From Neoconidiobolus thromboides FSU 785 (lineage: Eukaryota > Fungi > Entomophthoromycota), in contig MU626279.1 in the NCBI GenBank assembly GCA_025603075.1, positions 112,543-176,542 of the forward strand: a stretch of 64,000 nt of DNA, written 5' to 3'. Both the position numbers and the translations under genes were made by a program. Below the pieces are notes generated by a model. That model saw only the letters and a program-made list of their open reading frames with translations. It had not been told where the DNA came from and did no database searches. Positions 54,122 to 64,000 of the stretch are shown one piece after another; the stretch's first letter is position 1, and each line of letters opens with the position of its first letter.

Positions 54122-55543
54122 TTTGTTTATAAAGTAATGCAAAACAATTGATGTTTTTATTTTCAAAATCAGTTTTAATGTTTTGCTCTGTTATTTCTTT
54201 TCAAGTAGATTAAAGTTGAAGATAGTATTCTAAACTATAGTATTTTAATATGACTCTATTAGATATTCATGAGAGTTCATTTGTTTTCTGTTAATAGGCT
54301 ACTATAATAAATAAAACATATAGCAACATTATGCTTTCAATTTGTTACCATAAAGTGGAATGTAGTCAATTTTAAGTTTAATTGTAAAATATATGAACTG
54401 AATATTAGAACAGATAAACTATCCAAAGCAACTTGTACAGCTGTAGCAACTTTTCTATATATATTATAAACATTTATATGCTATAATGTAATCTAGGAAA
54501 TCGAGCTTGGCATATCAAAGCTTTTGTGGCCCATGTTGAATAAAATTCCATAAATCTTACAAATATCCATACCCTTACCCTATTTTAATCTATAAAGTAA
54601 TCTTATAAACAAAGTATTTCAATTAATTAGACTTAGGGGTTAAGCTCAAAACCTCTCAAGAAGGGTGGACGATTGTAGTTTCTAAGTACTGATTATTTAG
54701 TGCAGTAAGTTACTGTGTATGAAACAACCTTAATAAAAATTGCTTAAAAGGATTGTTTTTTTGTTTATCTTTGTATTCTTGTTACATAATATAATAAAAA
54801 ATTATTAGACAAATACCAAAACAAAAAAGGTGTCCATATAATCATTTTAAATCACTCTTTAAACTTAAATTCAGTGTTTTATTGTCATTGTGTATTAATA
54901 AAATACTTAGGTGCTGAAGCATTAAAGTTGTTAAAGTTGTTAAAATGGAATTTTAAATATAATTTACATTATGAGCTATAGATTTTTTTATAAAAGTGAC
55001 TTGAGGTGAAAAAATTATTTTTGAAAATAACAAGTTTTTAACTGTATAATATAATTAAACATAATTTTTTAAAAGTTAATACTTTAAATCTAGGTTTTAT
55101 CAATTTACAATTTGTTTAAAAATTCTTTTACTATAGCAGTGATATGATAAAATTGCTATATATAAAATTTAAAATAAACTTCATAGTTTTTAATGATAAG
55201 AATAAATTAATAAAAAATAATTAAGTCAAATAATTTTATTTTAATTTACAGCTTTTTTTTAATTGTTTTGATATAATAAAACAAATATAAAAACATTTTC
55301 AAAATAATATACTTTTAAGTAAAAAAGATGAAAAAGCTATTAACTATAATAACAAATGTTTTTAATGCCTAAAAATAAAACAAGATTAATAAAAATTTAG
55401 TTATTACAATTTTATATTTTTATAAAAAAAACTTTAAAAAAAAATATTATAGATTTTAAATAGGTTGTATTTATTTTTACAGCTTAAATTCAAACACTGA
55501 AATTTAACTTTTTAATTATAATTAAATAATAGTATTTTTATAT

Positions 55544-55640
55544 AAAGATGTATTTTTATATTTAAGAATTTTATTAATAATTCTTTTGCTTAAATAGTAT
55601 TTAAAAGATAAAAAAAGTGATAAGCTAAAAAAACCTTTAC
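55544..55640 (+). mobile_element. MITE copy, strongly C>T/G>A mutated
   Basis: AAAGATGTATTTTTATATTTAAGAATTTTATTAATAA... aligns to the consensus almost entirely by transitions. Confidence 0.75.
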
Positions 55641-55712
55641 ATTAAATTATTAATATTTAATTAAATAATAACTATAACAATCTCGGTAATAAAACTACTA
55701 AAATAATAAAAT

Positions 55713-55810
55713 GGGGATGTTTTTTTGGCTTCATTACTTTTTCCATCTTTTAAGCACTATCTGAACGGAAAAATTGTTAGTAAGATTCTTAAATACGAAA
55801 ATATATCCCC
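55713..55810 (-). mobile_element. MITE copy
   Basis: TSD AAAT/AAAT (non-palindromic). Confidence 0.9.
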
Positions 55811-58394
55811 AAATGCTATAATTTATTCTATTAAATTTATTAAATCTTTGAAATTTTAGCTGTGGCCCCTTTTAAAATATAGCTTAGTGAAATTGCAAAA
55901 AATAGGTAATTTCTTGAATAAAAAGTAGCTTAAAATCAAGTTTCAAATTGAAACTGAAATCACAAAACAATTGACTTTCAACTTGAGCCTTTTAACATGA
56001 AATCTATGACGTTAAAAGCTAAGATAAACTCCAAAAAAATTTTAAGCTTTGAAAAAACATGACCTGCCTGAAATCCATTATGCTTAGAAATATTCTTGCA
56101 AAATCAGCTTATAATAACAAAAGTTCACTTATTTATTTTCTCCCTAAAAACAGGCAACTTTAAGCAAATGTACTTTTGAGCTTACAGCCATTTAAATCCA
56201 ATTGTGCATGACTAGTTGTTCACCCAGGGATAAATTTCAGGCACAAATTTCGTCAAGTCCGAGGACTAGACTTTAAAAAACATTCGAATAAATAGTTAAG
56301 AAATTTTTTACTCAATACACAGCTGTTAAAGTCAATTGTACAGTGCCTAGCTATTGCTTTTATAATCAATGACATGTATAATTATGCTGACCTACAGTCT
56401 AATCCTCAATTTTTTGTTTTAGAATGAGTGGTTAGTCCTGTACAATTGAAATTTAACCAGTTGTAAAGCTTAAATTTGAAAAATCATGAAACCAAGGCAT
56501 CACATTCCCATGAAAAAATAAGCTTATTTAAAAGAAATTGCTTTCTCATTTTAATTGTTACAGGATAAAACTATTGAATGGGCAATTATTCTTAGTAAAT
56601 AACAAATATAGTATGAATATTCCAACTATTACTTTGGGTATTAAATCAACTATCATTATGAAAAATAAAAAATTGTGAGCAAATATCCATTTATTTAGTA
56701 AATAATTTGACCAATTTTTATGAGAAGGGGATAGTGCAATATACATCATTGAAGAGTTACTTGATATTTTAAATTAAATTGATTTGTTTAATTTTTAGAT
56801 AAATAAATTCTATTATCATCTTTTAAAGTCAAATAATTAGAAAAAGTGATGTTCAACATGTTCGTAATAAGGTTCATTAAAACGAGAAAAGATAGGTGAA
56901 GTATTATTAGTATTATTAGTATTATTAGAAGCGGATTGATTTAATAAAGTAACATTTATACTGTTATTCATTTGATGTTCGTAAGTTGTACTATTTTTCT
57001 TGCTTCTCATTTTTTCTAACTGTTCAAACTGGTCATAATTAAAGTCCTAATAAAATGTAAATAAAAAGCTAAATAATGGCAATATTAAGACTAACTTGAA
57101 CAGTCATATCTTCATCACTAGTCATATCTTCATTAGAAACCTTACGCTTTAAGTGTGGATTCTTGCAGATTTCTACTTAAAAATTAGAAAATAAAAAATA
57201 GTCAAAAACAAATTTACCAAAGCGAGCGTATTTATGATAGGAAGGCATGATGTAAAAAGGATCAAATTGCTAAGAAATTTTAAAGAGTATCTACTTTTAA
57301 AAAAAATAAAATGTTATTAAAAATAAAATAAAATAAATCAATCATGACACTGCCTTTATATACTTTTCAACCCATCCTATTTTTTTGATAGGCAGAGAAT
57401 AGTTTTAATTTTATTGAATTCTTGAATTATTATAAAGTCATATAAATTGGTGCACTGTTAAATCATTGGCTGGAGAGATTCTAACCTACCATTGGCTATT
57501 CCTCCCAACTTGTCTTCCCTTAAATTTAATATGAGCAAAACAATGGTGGTGTTATTACTCTTCAACGCAATTTATGGAGTTCTTTTAACAAATTATTTTT
57601 CACTCAGTAAACTTTAATTGGACACAAAAGATCAAATCATTTTCATCTCAATTGTATAAATGAGGCTTAAACCAAATGAGTTTAAAGTATTGGTTATGGC
57701 TTTAACTTGTTTATATTTAACCTGCTTACTAAATAAATTATATACCAAAATTCAATTTGGGCAAGCTGTTATACAAATGCCCATTTAAATAAAATTCGCC
57801 CAAATCAGAGTAAAATAAAAGAATGAAGATTGCAGGCAGATAATCTTTAAAACTGACTTTTAAATTTACAGATATTACAAATTGAACGTAGCAGCATAGT
57901 TGCAATTTCATTAGCATTATAGATATGCCTATTCACGACACCTACAGATTCAAAAAGAACCATGAGCTCTTTTAATTAATTAATCACAGCTTTTTATTTT
58001 TCTTTGATTTTGGGCTAATGTAAAATAAACCACCAATGATTTTATATTATCACTATTTTAGAAAAGATGATTTTATTTTATTTGTTTAGTTTAGACAAAC
58101 CATTATAGCTTATTTACATGATTGGCCTCATATGATTGATAAGTTTTTTAATTAGCTTAGCTAAGAGTTTGTTATTCAATATTAAATTGGTTGGGTAAAT
58201 TTAATTGAAAAAGCGAGTTAGGATAGCTATTAACTTAATTTGATTCAGGATTGCTTTATAAAATCAACTATAATTTATGCACTATCAATTTGCTTTGCCC
58301 ACTTGGAAGCTTAAAGTATAAATTGGAATGGGTAAAAATTTCAGTTAAAACCAAACTATAATAAACTATAATTTATATTAATCTTGTTTTCTAT

Positions 58395-58488
58395 GAGAGT
58401 GTTTTCTTTGGTTTCATCACTTTTTACATGTTTTAAGCACTATTTGAGCGAAAAGTTTGTTAGTAAAATTCTTAAAGAAAAGAAATAT
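58395..58488 (-). mobile_element. MITE copy, left terminus degenerate
   Basis: GAGAGTGTTTTCTTTGGTTTCATCAC...TTAGTAAAATTCTTAAA. Confidence 0.75.
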
Positions 58489-58870
58489 AATTTAGCTTTA
58501 ATTTTATAACATTTAGTTTTTCAGTTAAATAATACAAATCTTAATTAATTTATAATCTAAAATATCCAAAAATCATTATTAAATAATGTTAAAGCTTTTA
58601 AAAAAACTATTTTTATTAGGAACCAAAAACACCTAACAGTTGTTATTTTACTGTAATTTATATTGATATTAATCAAAGTTGTAAATGCAAATAAATACAT
58701 GTTCCTATAAAACTTCACTAAGGAATATTTACCATTGACTGCTTTATAGTCAACATTGAAGATTTGCTATCAAATAAATTATTTTAATGCTATAATTACA
58801 TTATTAGTATATTAATAAGTTAATAAATACCTGAACGGGAGGAAGTAATTAGTCCTAGAGCTATGATTAA

Positions 58871-59860
58871 CTATCCCGATGTAATGCAACCAATATAATA
58901 ACAGTTTTTACTTAATATTATAACTAACTGCTTAGTAAATATCGATAATTTTAAATTCTCTGTTGTTTTTGTAAGGTGAGCTGGGATTGATCTTTTAATT
59001 TTTCTGTTTTCTATAGACTCTATAACTTTAATTGGAGCTATATCGCTTTTTTTTAATGTATCGGATACTGGATAACAATGGGGATGTATTTTTTTCAAGA
59101 ATTTTACTAACGATCTTTCCACTGAAATAGCGCTTAAAAAATAGAAAAAGTAATGAAATCAAAAAAAACATTCCCAATGTAGTTTATTATTGTGTTTAAT
59201 AAAGTGTAAGTACTTCTTTAATGCCTTGCATCTCTACTATTTTTTTTGTATTTCTGTTTCTTTTGTACTTTTTAAAAATTATATCTGTTTTCCCATTATC
59301 AACGGTCGAGTTATTAATTTTATTATGCTCGCCAATAAAAGCCTCAAATCTTGAAATTAATTGATTGATATCTTCTATTTTGCCTAATGCTTCAAAACTA
59401 CTTTTCCATCTTGAAAGATTTCCAAAATCCTCATCAACTATACTTTTTCCATGATGCTCAGCAAAAAAATTAAGACCAATATTTAAACTACTCTTTATTT
59501 TATGGATTTCTTTAAATATATAGTGTAGAAACTCTTGGGATCTAAAACGATTTCCTGTATCTGCCCATATATTGATTTTTGTAAACTTTTTAAAAGCTTT
59601 GTAGAGGTTAAATCAATTCAACAGTCTCCTGCATATCCTGAATCATGATTCAATATTTCAGATAAATAATCAAAGTAAACTTTGCCTATTGTTTTATCAT
59701 TTAAATATAATACACCAAAACCTAATACTGATATAGCTTATTTATTATAATGATCTAGATTTATTGAATCTGGTCTTGTTCCTATTTCCATATTTTGTTT
59801 AAAATCTAAAACCATTATACAACTTTTATTATTTAATTTTTTAACAGTTTCATTGTACTT
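58871..59860 (-). pseudogene. Decayed DDD transposase (Sola-like), interrupted by a MITE
   Basis: CIMVLDFKQN (D 59804), INIWADTGNRFRSQEFL (D 59559), LNFFAEHHGKSIVD (D 59433); two in-frame stops and at least 2 frameshifts. Confidence 0.75.
59080..59174 (+). mobile_element. MITE copy nested in the transposase C-terminal region
   Basis: CAAT/CAAT flanks (right terminus one C short). Confidence 0.88.
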
Positions 59861-60013
59861 TAAGTATTAATATAAAATTTATATTACAATCAAAAGGTTT
59901 TTGTACCCCTATTTTATTCTTTATTATTATGTTTATTTTATTTTCAAATTATATACTAGGTACATGTATTATGTAGGGTGTTTTTACTATATTTTTGAAA
60001 GTATCTAGTATAT

Positions 60014-60111
60014 AGGGATGTATTTTTGTGTTTAAGAATTTACCAACAAATTTTCCACTCAAATAGGGCTTAAAAAATCGAAAAAATAATGAAGTCAAAA
60101 AGAACACTCCC
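60014..60111 (+). mobile_element. MITE copy
   Basis: TSD ATAT/ATAT. Confidence 0.88.
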
Positions 60112-60207
60112 ATATATTTAAAAAATATTGATAATAGCTACTGCATTATTTTTTAAATCATCAAATATTTATTTATATATCATTTTCTGCTTTTATTTAA
60201 TATGTGT

Positions 60208-60301
60208 GGTGATGTTTCTTAGCTCCATCACTTTTTCTATTTTTTAAGCGCTATTTGGGTGAAAAAATTATTACCAAAATTCTTGAAAAAATATATCCCC
60301 C
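60208..60301 (-). mobile_element. MITE copy (diverged)
   Basis: GGTGATGT...ATATCCCC. Confidence 0.78.
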
Positions 60302-60619
60302 ATATATTACTTGATGAATATCTTTACTATTATTCTTTTTGTGTTTTTAGCAATAAGTTGTAATATTAGTATTTTATTGTTAGTTATTTTTAAGTAATTA
60401 TATTGGTTTCTGTTTATATTAAAGTCAAGACTTTTGTATTTATCAAAAAAAATATTAAAGCTATAGTTGATAATACTGTTACTTGCTGGTTTTTATTTTC
60501 CGCTTCCTTTAAAGGATTAATTTCATATACTACTTGATTAAGTTTATTGTTATTAATAGAAAACTTTAACAATTCTTTACTATACTAGGATCTCATAAAT
60601 TTTGGGTTATTATAAATAT

Positions 60620-60720
60620 GAGGATGTATCTTTTTGTTTAAGGATTTTACTAGTCAATCTTTCCGCTCAAATAAATAGCACTTAAAAATAGAAAAAGTAA
60701 TGAAATCAAAAAACATTCTC
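60620..60720 (+). mobile_element. MITE copy
   Basis: GAG...CTC termini; TSD ATAT/ATAT. Confidence 0.88.
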
Positions 60721-60985
60721 ATATAATAGTTGTTGAGATTGATATAAATGAATCATAGTGCTTATATAATATGCTTCTCCTTATATGTTATATATTTATT
60801 AAACATTTAATAAAGTTATTTTAAATATTTATGAAAACATAAAATATATAAAAATTTAAAAAACTAATAAAAAATGGGGGTGCCTTTTTTATAAATAAAT
60901 AGATAATTTACTTTTAATTAAACAGTTTTAAAAACTAATTATTTACTTTATTTTCTAGATTTAACTTTTTTAGATTAATATTTAT

Positions 60986-61084
60986 GGTGATTTATTTTTA
61001 TGCTTAAGAATTTTACTAATTATTTTTTCACTCAAATAACGCTTAAAAAATAGAAAAAGTGATGAAGCTAAAAAAAATATCACC
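60986..61084 (+). mobile_element. MITE copy
   Basis: GGTGA...TCACC termini; flanks TTAT/GTAT. Confidence 0.82.
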
Positions 61085-61443
61085 GTATAGCCAAAAAATA
61101 AAACAATTAAAATAGGCTTTGAATTAAATTCCTTTATCTAACTTTGTTTTTTAAAACTTAACTAATCCTGTATTAAGGACTTACAAATTTAAAAACCTAA
61201 AAGCTGGGTTAATTTTTAGCTGAATTCTGAAACCAATTTGGACATCCTCAGATAGAAATCATAATAAAAAATTTAAAAAAGAAAATATTTCAAGTGATAA
61301 TCTTATTATATAAGATTAACTATTAACTAGTAAATTTTTATCAAAATTTATTATTTATACGATTTAATCAATTATAATTTAATGTGAAATAAAAGCAACA
61401 TGGCCCAGAGCTTTTAAAATAAAAAAATAATCTAAGCTAATGT

Positions 61444-61621
61444 TGTGGAATCTAGTACTCAGTGATTGGGAATCAAAAACAGCTATTACCTGGTTGATTA
61501 TACTGTAAGTCGAAAGGTCTTAGTTTATGTGGCTAAGATCTTTCGGCTTACGGCTAGTTTAGTTAATCAAACAAGACCTGCTTTTGCTTTTGACTCCAAC
61601 CACTGAGTACCAGACTTCACA
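61444..61621. repeat. Foldback family A, complete 178-bp palindromic element (TGTG...CACA)
   Basis: Left and right halves pair almost end to end around a ~5-nt loop. Confidence 0.85.
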
Positions 61622-62084
61622 AAGACTAAAAACATAAAATAGCTAAGATGAATTGATGATGGAGCAACTCATAAACTTGTGTTTAATTTAATTAAAAAAG
61701 AGCAAAATAAATAAAAATGATAAAAAGGCCAAAATAAAAGGAGTTCCGGGATTTAGAAAAGCAAGACTGATTTTTAAAGAAAGCTATCTGTGAAAAGAAA
61801 GTAACATTAATGCCTATTACCATAACTATTATTTCTTAATTTAAATGCTATAAAGTACGTTTGTTACTGTAATAGTTTTTATAAAAAAAAGCTACTAGGT
61901 TTATAAAATCTTTATTTTTAAACAAACAGTCATTTAATAATAGGAGCTGTCAAACTAAATAACTCTATTTTAGGAGATTGTTAGATTTGAGCTTAGGTAG
62001 AAGTGGTATTTTTTACAAGTAACAAAATTTTTAATTTTTTTACAGATACAAAAACTGGTTTTACATGAAAAAAAAGCTATAGTC

Positions 62085-62360
62085 CTCATAAGTTAAGTAA
62101 GGCTTAAATGAGATCAACCTTCCAGTTTTTAAACTATGAATTCTAGTTTGTTGCTTATATATCTAACAAATCTATTCCCAGTTTATGTATCTTTATCTTT
62201 TATGATATTATTAAACCATTTAAAGGGGAGCTTTGGTTTTACAAATTTTATTAATAATTTTATCAATTCAAGCTAGATTCCACTATTCGAAACCATTACT
62301 AATATTAATTTTTTTAGATTTGTTATTGAAAATCAAACTAACTTTTGCAAGCTGTATAGT
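62085..62360 (-). pseudogene. Possible L1/Tx1-like reverse transcriptase relic
   Basis: AKVSLIFNNKSK / KPKLPFKWFNN...*KLEG*SHLSLT*LMR resembles the SGL.IN..KS / YLGLP..W...KL.GWK..LS pattern; many stops. Confidence 0.3.
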
Positions 62361-62507
62361 TTGGAAAAACATGAGACAAATTTAAAAAATAGAACACCCA
62401 AAAAAAAACATGTTTAAAAAGATCAAAAAAAGTCTGTTATAATAGTTAATTTTTTTCAAAAAAAATTAATAAAAAGGAAATAAAGTTAGGGTTAATAATA
62501 AAAACAT

Positions 62508-62604
62508 AGGGATGTTTTTTTAATTTCATTATTTTTCCATTTTTTAAGCGCTATTTGAGTGGAAAGATTGTTAGTAAAATTCTTAAACACAAAAAAACAC
62601 CCCT
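62508..62604 (-). mobile_element. MITE copy
   Basis: AGGG...CCCT termini; TSD ACAT/ACAT. Confidence 0.9.
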
Positions 62605-63026
62605 ACATGTTATTTTAATTAAGCAATTGTAATAATATCTATATCTGTTTTATTTAAGCTTTATTTATAAAAACTAAATTTGAGTTTGTTACAATGCCAA
62701 CAAAATGGTAAAACCAGGAAATTAATATGGTCAGAAGGAAGTTAGCATTTAAACTTTTAAGTTGACAAATAACATATATATTAATAACTATATTTTTTAT
62801 TAACTTATAGTTTTAATCTTGCATTTAGCCTTTTTTAGAAGCTATTGAAGTGTGTTAGTTTTAAATTTGAAATTATCTATTTTAAAATAATAAGCTTGGA
62901 CCTATTTTATTACATTATTAGAGCTTTTTTTATAAACTGTTTTTTCTATTTTATCTTACAACACTTTTCTATATTTTCAATCTATCTTAAGTTAAAATAG
63001 TTTAATTAAAAGCTAAAAAACCATTT

Positions 63027-63275
63027 GGGAGTGTTTTTTTTGGTTTCATCATTTTTTCCATTTTTTAAGCGCTTATTTAAGCAACACAATGTTTTTAAAA
63101 ATAAAAATTATAAAAATTATAAAAATAAACCAAAAAAATTAAATATAATTTTTGTTAAAAGCATAGCATATGGGGATGATATATTTTTGTGTCTAAGAAT
63201 TTTACTAACAAATTTTCTGCTCAAACCAAATGGGGGTTGTCTGGATTAGTTTCATTATTTTATCCAATTTTTGAA
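63027..63275. mobile_element. Cluster of three partial MITE copies (63027-63082 -, 63172-63225 +, 63232-63275 -)
   Basis: Half-element matches to the consensus. Confidence 0.65.
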
Positions 63276-63411
63276 AAATTTTGTATTTTAAAAACTTCGC
63301 TTAAAATTCTATAAAATCATATCTTTATTAAAATGAAAGTACCCGGACACAGTTCTAAATCATTCTATTATAGTTTATCCCGTAAGTTAGTTGAATTTCT
63401 ACTAGATCTTA

Positions 63412-64000
63412 AATACATGTTCTTATAAAGCTTAATTGAGAAATATTTATTATCAACTGCTTTATAACCAACATTGTAGATTTGTTATCAAATAAATAAA
63501 CTACTTTAATGTTATAATTACGTTATCAATATATTGCCAAGTTAATAAATAGCTGCATGGGAGGGAGTGGTTGGCCCTAAAACTATAATTAACCTTCCCT
63601 ATATAGTACAAGTAATAATAGTATTTACATATTATTACAATTACTTGTTCTTTGACTATTTATTAACTTAGCTGTTAATAACTTAAGTAACCTTGAACAT
63701 TTAACAATCTATTTCTATCATTCAACAAAGTACTTACTTGCTTGGTAAATATTGAAATTTTTAAATTCTCTGTTATCTTCGTAAGGTAAGCTGGGATCGA
63801 TCTTTTAATTTTTCTGTTTTCTATAGACTCTATAACTTTAATTGGAGCTATATCGCTTTTTTTGATGTATCGGATACTGGATAACAATGGGGATGTATTT
63901 TTTTGTTCAAGAATTTTACTAACGATCTTTCCACTGAAATAGCGCTTAAAAAATAGAAAAAGTAATGAAATCAAAAAAAACATTCCCAATGTAGTTTATT
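63412..64000 (-). repeat. Second copy of the 58693-59188 segment (transposase 3' region with nested MITE), running off the window
   Basis: 63737-64000 is nearly identical to 58928-59188; the outer part is more diverged, with a ~110-bp extra segment. Confidence 0.85.
63889..63986 (+). mobile_element. MITE copy at the same CAAT site as the 59080 copy
   Basis: Identical flanks ggataacaat|...|caatgtagtttatt. Confidence 0.88.

Noticed and set aside
56200-56520. Retroviral protease-like phrase SLVLGLDEICA*NLSL on the minus strand
   Set aside because: No catalytic D(S/T)G motif found and many stops
56908-56938. agtattatt x3 minisatellite
   Set aside because: Trivial slippage repeat
56860-58010. 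Minus-strand coding-like fragments with one apparent intron (FYIMPSYHKYARF/VEICKNPHLK; ELMVLFESVGVVNRH)
   Set aside because: Possibly a pseudogene, but multiple stops and no assignable family; a CRESS-Rep or Crinkler reading was too speculative

Overview
AT-rich eukaryotic DNA with many short GT-AG introns (mostly about 45-65 nt). The gene set (ERG7, TAO3, BOI1-like, NAM8/NGR1-like, FSH1) points to a fungus, probably an early-diverging one; that assignment is inference and no species can be named. The window has two compartments. Positions 1-35.1 kb are gene-dense: about 17 spliced genes, tRNA-Ser(GCT) and tRNA-Ala(AGC), and no transposon copies that I could find. Positions 35.2-64 kb are gene-poor: NAM8-like, ubiquitin, ERG7, an expansin and a few orphans, plus about 26 full or partial copies of a ~100-bp MITE with GGG/GAG termini and 4-bp target-site duplications. 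This half also holds decayed DDD (Sola-like) transposase genes, one interrupted by the MITE and one fragment enclosed by inverted MITE ends, two unrelated foldback elements, and faint retroelement relics. Other notable items: a bacterial-type histidyl-tRNA synthetase, an expansin lacking the conserved essential Asp, SREBP-type sites upstream of ERG7, and a CK2-beta start codon apparently split by an intron. Gene boundaries were assembled by eye, so some 5' ends are tentative.
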